Assembly (NCBI GenBank): GCA_016190205.1
Contig: JACPQZ010000013.1
Location: 1 to 61,458, forward strand
DNA: 61,458 nucleotides
Reading direction: 5' to 3'
Source of the DNA: Candidatus Omnitrophota bacterium
Lineage (GTDB): Bacteria > Omnitrophota > JACPQZ01
Shown: positions 36,481-44,836 of the stretch, in pieces
Numbering within the stretch: position 1 is the stretch's first letter
Layout: each line of letters begins with the position of its first letter
Translations under genes and position numbers: made by a program
The notes under the pieces: generated by a model
Told to the model about the DNA's origin: nothing
Seen by the model: only the letters and a program-made list of their open reading frames with translations
Databases searched by the model: none

Positions 36481-38273
36481 GCCAGACCCCCGCTGGTGGA
36501 TTTGCAAATCATCTCTTCTCCCATCACCACCACGTCCATGTCACTGCGTGAAAACGTCGAGAGGGCGTCGTCGGGGCTGTTGACGATCGGCTCCCCCTTC
36601 AAATTGAACGAGGTGTTTAAAACCGCCGGGACGCCCGTCCGGTCTTCAAACGCACGGATCAGCTCATAATAAAGCGGATTGGCCTTTTTTTCAACCATCT
36701 GCGCGCGGCCCGTTCCATCTACATGCGTGACGGCCGGAATGCGTGCGCGCATGTTCGGACGTATCGGGCTCACCATGAGCATAAACCGCGCCGGATCCAG
36801 GGGCCGGTCGGGAGGGTGCTCAATCACATCCCGGATGCCCCGGTCCAATATGGAGGGGGCGAAGGGGCGGAACGGCTCCCTGAACTTGATCTTCCGGTTG
36901 ACTACCTCCTTCATGCGGGCTGCGCGGGGATCGGCCAGGATGCTCCGGTTGCCCAGGGCGCGGGGGCCCCACTCGGCCCGGCCCTGATACCAGCCTACCA
37001 CCTGGCCCTCCGTCAGACGCCGGGCGGCCTCTTGGACCAGCGCGCGTTCATCCGAAAAAGTCTTCGGCTGAAATCCACGCCTTTGGACCGCATCCCGGAT
37101 GGAGGCCCCGTCGAAGGACTTTCCCCAATAGGCGTGCTCCATCACAAACCGGCGCGGTTTTTGCAATAGGACGTGATACGCGTAAAGCGCGGCGCCCAAT
37201 GCCCCGCCGGAGTCCCCCGCCGCCGGCTGAATGAAAATGTGCCGAAAGGGCGTCTCCCTTAAAACCCGGCCGTTCGCCACGCTGTTATAGCCGATGCCGC
37301 CCGCGATGCACAGGCGGTCGAGACCTGTTCGCGCATGGAGTTCACGGGCCAGTCCTAAGATCACCTCTTCGGTCACGAGCTGGACGCTGGCCGCCACATC
37401 CGCATAGTGCCGGCCCTCGCCATCTAAGGCGTCCTGCCAAACCTGCCCTTCTCCCCGCGTGAGCACGAAAGGGATGTCCGGATTTCGGGGCTTTCCAAAC
37501 AATCTCTCGAACCGGGACGAAAAGGACCGGCGCGATGAATAATGGAAACTGAAGTAATCCATGTTGAGCCGGAAACTTCCTCTGCCTGCAGGCTGGATCA
37601 CTTTCCAGACCTTGTCCGCGTAGCGGGGGGTCCCATAAGGGGCCATACCCATCACCTTGTATTCGCCCTCATTGACCTCAAAACCCAAGAAGGCGGTAAA
37701 GGCCGAGTACATGAGACCGAGGGAATGGGGAAAGCGCTGTTCGCAAAAAGAACGGATCTCATTCTTCCCCTTCCCGTCCCATGAGGCCCGGCCGACCCCC
37801 AGGGTGGTGGACGCCCATTCCCCCACCCCGTCGAGCGTCAAGATGGCGGATTCCGAATAAGGCGACGAAAAGAATGCGCTTGCGGCGTGCGAGAGGTGAT
37901 GCTCGGAGAAAAGGATGCGCGCGGAGTCTACATCGAGGAGATCCTGGATCTGGGATTTGAGCCACAGCCGGCTCCCCAGCCAGCGGGACATGGCCCTGCG
38001 GAACTGATTAAACGACCGGGGAAACGTCTGGAGGGAGGTGAGGAGGATGCGCTCAAACTTTAAAAGAGGCTTCTCATAGAATACGACGTAATCCAGATCC
38101 CGCGACGTAATCCCCGCCTGGTCCAGGCAAAATTGGATGGCCAGGCGCGGAAACTCCGAATCGTGTTTCTTGCGGGAAAAACGCTCTTCCTCGGCGGCCG
38201 CGATGAGCTCGCCATCCTGGATAAACGCTGCGGCCGCGTCGTGGTAATAACAGGAGATGCCCAGAATGCGCAT
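36477..38273 (-). CDS. O-carbamoyltransferase (NodU/CmcH/SxtI family)
   Basis: MRILGISCYYHDAAAA, EEERFSRKKHD, HHLSHAAS, GEYKVMGMAPYG, GPRALGNRS, LNTSFN; start reset to ATG 38273. Confidence 0.94.
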   Translation of the reverse strand: MRILGISCYYHDAAAAFIQDGELIAAAEEERFSRKKHDSEFPRLAIQFCLDQAGITSRDLDYVVFYEKPLLKFERILLTSLQTFPRSFNQFRRAMSRWLGSRLWLKSQIQDLLDVDSARILFSEHHLSHAASAFFSSPYSESAILTLDGVGEWASTTLGVGRASWDGKGKNEIRSFCEQRFPHSLGLMYSAFTAFLGFEVNEGEYKVMGMAPYGTPRYADKVWKVIQPAGRGSFRLNMDYFSFHYSSRRSFSSRFERLFGKPRNPDIPFVLTRGEGQVWQDALDGEGRHYADVAASVQLVTEEVILGLARELHARTGLDRLCIAGGIGYNSVANGRVLRETPFRHIFIQPAAGDSGGALGAALYAYHVLLQKPRRFVMEHAYWGKSFDGASIRDAVQRRGFQPKTFSDERALVQEAARRLTEGQVVGWYQGRAEWGPRALGNRSILADPRAARMKEVVNRKIKFREPFRPFAPSILDRGIRDVIEHPPDRPLDPARFMLMVSPIRPNMRARIPAVTHVDGTGRAQMVEKKANPLYYELIRAFEDRTGVPAVLNTSFNLKGEPIVNSPDDALSTFSRSDMDVVVMGEEMICKSTSGGLA

Positions 38274-38280
38274 CGGTACC

Positions 38281-38508
38281 CTAAAACTGGGCACGCGCCC
38301 ACTTCCAGAGGTCGGGCGCATCGGTTTTCGTATGCCAGAGTGAACCGCCCTGCGTGCGCAGATCGAGCGAATCCCGAAACAGGGCTTGAATGAAGACGGC
38401 AGGAAGAAGGACAACGAAATAAAGGATGGAGAATATGATCCAGCCCTGGACGCGCCCAATCCCCGCAGCCAGGATACGTAAGAAACCCAGAACGCGCCGC
38501 CAGACCAC
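38281..38508 (-). CDS. SxtJ-like small membrane protein
   Basis: IGRVQGWIIFSILYFVVLLP...RDSL..ends RAQF; directly upstream of the carbamoyltransferase. Confidence 0.75.
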   Translation of the reverse strand: MVWRRVLGFLRILAAGIGRVQGWIIFSILYFVVLLPAVFIQALFRDSLDLRTQGGSLWHTKTDAPDLWKWARAQF

Positions 38509-39150
38509 TTATTTCTTATTCGGTTGAGGCGTGACCCTTAAGTATGGCTTGAGGGCCTTATAGCCTCTTGGAAAGAGCTTTTTGATCTCTTGCTCATCCG
38601 TCAGGCTCGGGACGATGATGACATCCTCCCCGTTCTTCCAGTTGACCGGAGTAGCCACCTTGTAGTTATCGGTCAGCTGCAGCGAATCAATCACCCGCAA
38701 GATCTCTACGAAGTTGCGTCCGGTGCTTGCGGGATAGGTAATGATGAGGCGCACCGTGTTTTTCCCGTCGATCACGAAGACGGACCGCACCGTAAAGGTG
38801 TCGCTCGCGTTGGGGTGGATCATGTCGTAAAGCTGCGACACCCTCCGGTCCGGATCACCAATTAAAGGAAAATTCAGGGTCTGGCCCTGGGTCTCCTGGA
38901 TGTCTTGGGCCCAGCCCTGGTGATCCTTCACTGCGTCGACGCTTAAACCGATGACCTTGCAACTGCGCTGGTCGAACTGCGCCTTGAGCCGCGCCACCTC
39001 GCCCAGCTCGGTCGTGCACACGGGGGTGAAATCCCTGGGATGAGAGAAAAGGACGGTCCAGTTTGAACCCTTCCATTGGTAAAAATCGATTTTTCCCTGC
39101 GTGGTTTCTGCCTGAAAGTTGGGAGCTTTATCTCCGATACGAATAGCCAT
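38509..39150 (-). CDS. 1-Cys peroxiredoxin (Prx6 family)
   Basis: FSHPRDFTPVCTTE, TVRSVF, YPASTGRN, ATPVNW. Confidence 0.95.
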   Translation of the reverse strand: MAIRIGDKAPNFQAETTQGKIDFYQWKGSNWTVLFSHPRDFTPVCTTELGEVARLKAQFDQRSCKVIGLSVDAVKDHQGWAQDIQETQGQTLNFPLIGDPDRRVSQLYDMIHPNASDTFTVRSVFVIDGKNTVRLIITYPASTGRNFVEILRVIDSLQLTDNYKVATPVNWKNGEDVIIVPSLTDEQEIKKLFPRGYKALKPYLRVTPQPNKK

Positions 39151-39298
39151 ATTACCTCCTTCTATGATCTCTTGTATACTGCCAGTTGGCCTAGCGGTGG
39201 GGTTAGTTTTTATTTTATCATACCTGATACTGCACGGCTATGTGTACCGCGCCAGCCGTCGTAACTCGTGTGAATAAAATAGGTTCTAGCCCGGCAAT

Positions 39299-39374
39299 GG
39301 GGACAGAGCCACTCCCTCTAACTCTTTATTTGATAATCGGTTAGAAGAGAGTAACTCCAAAGGTCGCTGTCCCC
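39299..39374 (-). other. Long imperfect intergenic hairpin (REP-like)
   Basis: ggggacag/ctgtcccc closing stem plus a ~16-bp inner stem whose G-U pairs form only on the minus strand. Confidence 0.5.
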
Positions 39375-39385
39375 CTTCAGGATAC

Positions 39386-42043
39386 TCAGAGGGGATTTAG
39401 TTCGATATCTTGAGTCTGAAAACTGTTTGACCTAAAATCAAACCCGGGACTCACCGCCGGGTTGTACCCCCCTACTTCTACATAAACGGAATACGTCAGC
39501 CAGCCGATTCGCCCGCCGCTCGATTCGCGGAACGCGACGACGTCCTCAAACAAATAATTTCCGTTTGATAGAGTCAGCGTTGTTTGAGCGACATGACTTC
39601 CCCCCTGATCCAACAGCGAGACGGTCAGCCCTCCCAGGGCGGCACCGGTCCTGGTGTCCGTCGCCTGACCCTGGACGAGGCCAACCGCCAAGAGCGATGC
39701 ATCAAAATAAAAGGTGAGATCACCCTCCATTTCAAAGGCCGGACTGACTTCCATACGAAACCCCGGATGGTCTATTCGGATAGAGTACGCCGCCGGGCGA
39801 ACCTGTCCATCCGTTGAGATCTCCGAAACCGGAACGCCGTCAAATCGGTAAAACCCATACCGATCTGTCTGCGTCGTTTGGTATAAATCGGCGGGATCGC
39901 CGATACGCCAGAGTTCCACCGTTACCCACTGGAGCGGCTTTTTCGCACGGACATAGTTCGTCACAAACCCTTGAACGGATCCATAGGACATTGGGCCTGG
40001 GGATTCCAGTGCCAAAAATCCAACCGCCTCCATGTCATGACCCACTTCGGCATCCAGAGACGTTTCTTCTTCAAGCATGAGCTGCACGGACTGGGCGGTG
40101 TTTTCTCTACGCCGCAGGCTGACCGGGTCGCTTCCTCGTGCGCTCTGAAGATCGGCAATCACGGCAGGGGGGTCGTCAAACATAGGAAGATAGTGTACGG
40201 TACTCCAATTTGACTCATCGTAAGGGTTCCCGCTGTGCCTAGCCAGGATACTCCTCGCATCGATCGTCACGTTACCCACCGTGTCGCTGATCGGATTGAG
40301 CGCGACATAACCCACAGTCTCCTTAGTATGCATTCCCCCATGGGGACTGGCCTCCTCTTCTTGCAGTCGCACACTGAAACCCCCTAATACGTTGGTCGGA
40401 TGATTCGCATTCCGTGTAACGACGGGGTCCAGCCCCCGGGCGGTCTGGCATTGCGTAAAGAGAACAGGTATCACAGGCCAGGGATCACCCCTCAGAAAGA
40501 CGCCCTGATAAAGATGTGATGTCCATCGATGCGTGATGTTAGGAATCAAACCTGCCTCGATCTCAAACCCGGGCCGGACCGGATACCGTCCTTCCGGGAG
40601 AACCACATAATGTACATTCTCCTCCTTGTGCCACGTGTCCAGATAAGACCACTCCTCAATGCGGAGATCAAAACCGTACGGGGTGACGTTCCGTATTCGG
40701 ATGTGCGACGGATCTTTTCCAAAACGGCTGGGCGCCTTCGCGATGACAACCGGCGGAGCATTGCGGTATCGCTCGGGCCAACGGAAGCTGACACCCATCC
40801 ACTCATGCGTCAGCCGAAAGATTTTGCCGAACTCACCGATGAAGAGCAGATCGTGAGTCACTTGAGTCGCCGGAGGGACCGAGGTCCGGGCTTCAGCGGT
40901 GTTGCCATAAGCCCCTTGGTTGATACGGCCTCCATTGCTTTGGGGTTCCAAGGAGAAATCATCTTCAGGGTCTCCCGCGTCAATCGAGGGCGAACTATGG
41001 CGAAGGTGATAATCGCCGCCCTCTCGATCGATAAAGAGCGGGTCGGCATTGATATTTCCCCCTTCCAGATTTACTTCCGGTGTCCCATCGTACGCGTTCA
41101 CACGAATTCCTACGTTGTTATACGTAAACCGATCGTAGTCGATCCTTCCTCCGATAAAGATATTCGACGAAAGGTCCTCCTCTCTAAAGCCAAAGCGATT
41201 GTCCTCCGCCACATTGCCGCGAATAATATTATTTTTAATGACCAGGCCCGTCCAAGGAAGAAACACATCTTCAGCGTGAATACCTGCGCCAACGGAAGAC
41301 CAACTGCTTTGCGTGTTATCCACAATCGTATTATTGATGATCGATAGCGGTACCTCGCGTGCGGCCCGATGACCATCACTTCTTATGGTAATTCCCCCGC
41401 CGCCAAAAGAGGCAAAATTCTTTGAAATGACATTGTTTTGGATGATGCCCTGAAGGAGTTCATTTCCATCTGCTAAAATGCCGCCGCCCGAACCCCCGTT
41501 ATGGTTTCTCGATATGTAATTTCCTTGAACGACAAATTGCTTGACGCCGTTTGCTATGTAAACACCCGACCAATTGTTGTCGACAATCGTATTATGGGTA
41601 ATCACGAGCTCATCCACAGCACGAGCCGCCACGCCGCCGAAACCGCGGAAGACATCGTAGTTGTATCCGCCCCGGGTAATCGTAAACCCGTCGATCATAA
41701 CCCGCCCGTCCACATACTCCGCAAGGACCGTGGCCCCCAGCGCGATGTGTGTCCCCCGAATTTCAGTGACTTTGCTTCCGGCATCACTTAGGAGCGATAG
41801 GGGTTTTCGTATCACCACATGCTCTGAATAGACCCCTGTCCTGCCGGGTGCCACATGCACCACGCCCCCCTCAAGCACGTGGTCCACCCCCGCTTGAACC
41901 TGATCGAAATGCGTGACGCCCCAGCCGGATATTCCTACGTCAAAGTTGCTGTCAACCCAGACCTCCGAGGCGGCTGCCTCCAATGCAGCGCTAGTTGAAA
42001 AAAAGGCGGTTCCTAAAACGATCAAAAGTGGGATTGTTTTCAT
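39386..42043 (-). CDS. Large secreted protein: right-handed beta-helix, three H-type-lectin-like repeats, two carboxypeptidase-regulatory-like domains
   Basis: Signal peptide from ATG 42043; IxxNxIxxN/GGGI repeats; ADPLF..DYHL..SPSIDAG..NQGAYG; three P.V..Q..G.DP..R..EE..H..E.VGY repeats; TDRYGFYRF and TLSNGNYLF. Confidence 0.78.
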   Translation of the reverse strand: MKTIPLLIVLGTAFFSTSAALEAAASEVWVDSNFDVGISGWGVTHFDQVQAGVDHVLEGGVVHVAPGRTGVYSEHVVIRKPLSLLSDAGSKVTEIRGTHIALGATVLAEYVDGRVMIDGFTITRGGYNYDVFRGFGGVAARAVDELVITHNTIVDNNWSGVYIANGVKQFVVQGNYISRNHNGGSGGGILADGNELLQGIIQNNVISKNFASFGGGGITIRSDGHRAAREVPLSIINNTIVDNTQSSWSSVGAGIHAEDVFLPWTGLVIKNNIIRGNVAEDNRFGFREEDLSSNIFIGGRIDYDRFTYNNVGIRVNAYDGTPEVNLEGGNINADPLFIDREGGDYHLRHSSPSIDAGDPEDDFSLEPQSNGGRINQGAYGNTAEARTSVPPATQVTHDLLFIGEFGKIFRLTHEWMGVSFRWPERYRNAPPVVIAKAPSRFGKDPSHIRIRNVTPYGFDLRIEEWSYLDTWHKEENVHYVVLPEGRYPVRPGFEIEAGLIPNITHRWTSHLYQGVFLRGDPWPVIPVLFTQCQTARGLDPVVTRNANHPTNVLGGFSVRLQEEEASPHGGMHTKETVGYVALNPISDTVGNVTIDARSILARHSGNPYDESNWSTVHYLPMFDDPPAVIADLQSARGSDPVSLRRRENTAQSVQLMLEEETSLDAEVGHDMEAVGFLALESPGPMSYGSVQGFVTNYVRAKKPLQWVTVELWRIGDPADLYQTTQTDRYGFYRFDGVPVSEISTDGQVRPAAYSIRIDHPGFRMEVSPAFEMEGDLTFYFDASLLAVGLVQGQATDTRTGAALGGLTVSLLDQGGSHVAQTTLTLSNGNYLFEDVVAFRESSGGRIGWLTYSVYVEVGGYNPAVSPGFDFRSNSFQTQDIELNPL

Positions 42044-42110
42044 GGCATCTCCAGCGCTTCTAGACAATATTTGACATTTTTTAACTCTTTAAACTTTTAA
42101 ATAACAAGGC

Positions 42111-42148
42111 AAAAAAAGAGTGGCAACCACTTTGGGGCGGTTGTCACT
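42111..42148 (-). terminator. Intrinsic terminator
   Basis: Minus strand agtgacaacc...ggttgccact followed by cttttttt. Confidence 0.75.
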
Positions 42149-42209
42149 ATCTTCGAAAGAATAGCACAGAAATTTTAATTAAGCAACGGATCTAACAATA
42201 AAATCACTT

Positions 42210-42569
42210 TTAGAATTGGTCGGTCTTGAGCAGTGTCAGAGTGCACGCCCGCACGGTCGTGATCCCGCGCGCCCTGGCCTTGGCCTCAAGCTCGGGATTC
42301 TCCGCTCCCGGATTAAAAATGATGCGTCGGGGGCTTGTCCCCAGGATCTCTTCACCGAGCCGGCTGGACACTTGCGGGGAAACATAGAGCGTGACGGTGT
42401 CAACCGGTTCGGGGATCTCTCGAATAGAGGCGTAAACCTTATCGCCCTCAATCGTGCGTAGGGCGGGATGCACCGCAAATGCCCGGTGCCCGGCCTCCTT
42501 GAGAAATCGAAGGGCGAGATAGGAATATTTTTCAGGGCGATTCGACGCCCCGATCACAGCGACGTTCAT
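42210..42569 (-). CDS. CoA-binding domain protein (YccU-like)
   Basis: MNVAVIGASNRPEKYS, DTVTLYV, IFNPGAEN, ACTL; ATGA overlap with the upstream gene. Confidence 0.9.
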   Translation of the reverse strand: MNVAVIGASNRPEKYSYLALRFLKEAGHRAFAVHPALRTIEGDKVYASIREIPEPVDTVTLYVSPQVSSRLGEEILGTSPRRIIFNPGAENPELEAKARARGITTVRACTLTLLKTDQF

Positions 42570-43120
42570 AGGACCTTCTGGATGATTTGCTCCAGCTCGC
42601 GCACTTGGGCTTCGGTAAAGAATCCGCCGTCGTGGACATAACGAATCACACCGTCGGGGCCGATGAGAAAGCTGGCGGAAGTAAACGCGCGCACTCTCCC
42701 GCCGATCCAATACCGGTGCAGGGTTTGCCAGTCGGGATCGAGGGCGATGGGGAAGGTCATCCCCAGGGCACGGGCCGCCTGCTGGACTTCCTTCTCATTC
42801 AATAATCCCGGCGGCTTGGGATGATACACCCCAATCACCACAAGGCCCCGCGGGCCGTAGCGTTCGTGCCAGCGGTTGAATAGGGGGCCTGCAGCTGTGC
42901 AGAACGGACACTCATCCGTCCAAAAGCGTATGAGGACGGGATGCCCCTTTAGACCCTTGAGTGTAAGGGGCCCGGCGTTCATCCACCCGCTGAACACCCA
43001 TTCCGGGGCCGGGGTCCCGACGAGCTCCTCCCCTTCTGCGCACACCGCGTTAACAGGAATAACCGTCAACACGAGCGCGAGTTGAACAGCCAGTGCGTTC
43101 ATGATAAACCTGTATGTCAT
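42566..43120 (-). CDS. TlpA/ResA-like periplasmic thioredoxin
   Basis: Signal peptide, LKGHPVLIRFWTDECPFC, FPIALD, LIGPDGVIRY. Confidence 0.88.
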   Translation of the reverse strand: MTYRFIMNALAVQLALVLTVIPVNAVCAEGEELVGTPAPEWVFSGWMNAGPLTLKGLKGHPVLIRFWTDECPFCTAAGPLFNRWHERYGPRGLVVIGVYHPKPPGLLNEKEVQQAARALGMTFPIALDPDWQTLHRYWIGGRVRAFTSASFLIGPDGVIRYVHDGGFFTEAQVRELEQIIQKVL

Positions 43121-43130
43121 CGGATAGTAT

Positions 43131-44783
43131 CTATTCTCGTTCTACGCGCCCCGCACCACGCACCCCGCTGCCTGCTACTTTGTTTTCCAAGATGGCGCGC
43201 TGCGCTTCCTCAAGATTTTCCCGTGCCACTTCATCCCGCGGATTGAGCTCCAAGGCCTTCTCAAAATACGAAATGGCTTCCTCTACCCGGCCAGAGCGGG
43301 CGAGGGCGGAACCCAAATTATTATACCCCCCCGCAAAGCCGGGGTTAAGCTCAATTGCCTTACGAAAATTAATGAGCGCCTCGTCCATCCTTCCGGCCCC
43401 GAGGAAGGCGTTCCCAAGACTCGTATAGGTAAATGGAAACTCGGGCTTAAGCCGTATGGCCTCCTCGTAATGCGCCACCGCCTCTCCGATCCGATCGCGG
43501 TCATAGAGAATCCGCCCCAAGGCATAATGCGCCCTGTAGTTCGCGGGACGCGTGGCCACAATATCCCGGAACATCCGTTCCTGGCTCCAATAAACGGTGT
43601 TGCGTAGGGCGGTCAAAAATCCCAGGGAGCCTATGATAAAGGTGAGCATGAGCGCCGATAAAGCCTTCCTCAAACCTGCGGTGGAAAACACCCTCCGCAT
43701 AAACTCCCTCCCGCCCAACACTGCGAGCGTCGCACAGCCCGCCAGCGGAAGGTACATCCGGTGCTCTACGAGGAGGTCGTCGATGGGAATGAAGCTGGAG
43801 CTGGGCAGCAAAACCAGAAAGAACCACAAGGCTGGAAAGCCCCAAGCGGGATATCGCCAAAAGAACCACGCTGAAGCCAGCAAGCTAAATCCCACCGCGG
43901 CCGCCGGCCAAAGCAGTCCGGCCGCGCCATCGGCAGGAGCCCACACATAATCCAGACACTGCGGAACAGGCCAGAGCACGAGCTTGAGATATTGAAGAAT
44001 CACGCGCGGCTGATTGAGGGCATACTCAAGCGGCGTAAAATCCCGCGTAAACCCGGCGCTCGTCTCCGGGCCTTGGGGGGACGCGGCCAGCACAAAGAAA
44101 AGTATCACCCACGTGGCCGCGAGACTTAAATAGAGGCCGCGCCTTATGCGCAAGGCTTCTCTAAGACTCGTTACCAAAAAGATGCGATCATAGAGGAGCA
44201 CGGCCAACGGAGCCGTAACCATCACGGGCTTGGTTGCCATCCCCAAGGCGCAGGAGGCTACAGACATAGCGTACCAGATACCTCGTCCGCGGGCGCGTGC
44301 GCCGCGTATCATACAGTACAAGGTCAAAAGATAAAAAAGCCCCATGAGAGACTCGGCCCTTTGAATGACGTACGTCACGCTCTGCGTCTGGAGAGGGTGC
44401 ACCAGCCAGATGAGCGCGATGCTCAACGCAGTGAAGTAATGAGAGCCTTGCAAGGTCCTGCGAAGAATTCCATAAAGGGCAAGCGCCGCGAAGATATGAA
44501 CCGCAAGATTGAAGGCGTGGTATCCCCAGGGGTTTAATCGCCCCAGTGCGTAATTGAGGGCAAGGGTAAAGTAGACGAGCGGGCGGACGGGGGCGTCATG
44601 GATGGGAGGCTTGGACACGGCCTGGGAAAGCGGCCAAAGCGAGCGGATGTTGGGATTGTCGACGATGGAAAAACCATCGTCGGCCAGGAAGACGCCGGGA
44701 AAACTCGTCAGGTAAAATAAAATCCCGATCGCGCAGATCAGTCCGGGGCCTAGCCACTCGGTCCGCTGTTCCGGGTTTGACAT
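43131..44783 (-). CDS. TMTC-like multi-pass membrane glycosyltransferase with C-terminal TPRs
   Basis: ADD..IVDNPNI, RPL, HPLQTQSVTYVIQRAE, EHRMYLP, RNTVYW followed by TPR repeats. Confidence 0.85.
   Translation of the reverse strand: MSNPEQRTEWLGPGLICAIGILFYLTSFPGVFLADDGFSIVDNPNIRSLWPLSQAVSKPPIHDAPVRPLVYFTLALNYALGRLNPWGYHAFNLAVHIFAALALYGILRRTLQGSHYFTALSIALIWLVHPLQTQSVTYVIQRAESLMGLFYLLTLYCMIRGARARGRGIWYAMSVASCALGMATKPVMVTAPLAVLLYDRIFLVTSLREALRIRRGLYLSLAATWVILFFVLAASPQGPETSAGFTRDFTPLEYALNQPRVILQYLKLVLWPVPQCLDYVWAPADGAAGLLWPAAAVGFSLLASAWFFWRYPAWGFPALWFFLVLLPSSSFIPIDDLLVEHRMYLPLAGCATLAVLGGREFMRRVFSTAGLRKALSALMLTFIIGSLGFLTALRNTVYWSQERMFRDIVATRPANYRAHYALGRILYDRDRIGEAVAHYEEAIRLKPEFPFTYTSLGNAFLGAGRMDEALINFRKAIELNPGFAGGYNNLGSALARSGRVEEAISYFEKALELNPRDEVARENLEEAQRAILENKVAGSGVRGAGRVERE
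43138..43179. repeat. Heptamer array inside the 3' end of the TMTC-like gene
   Basis: cgttcta cgcgccc cgcacca cgcaccc cgctgcc tgctact. Confidence 0.75.
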
Positions 44784-44836
44784 GGCATTCAGTATACCAG
44801 ATCAAACGCGGTTGGACCGCATAAGCCGCCGTCTGA

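Noticed and set aside
34928-38508. Saxitoxin biosynthesis
   Set aside because: Only the widespread carbamoyltransferase cassette is present; no sxtA, sxtG, sxtB or other core genes
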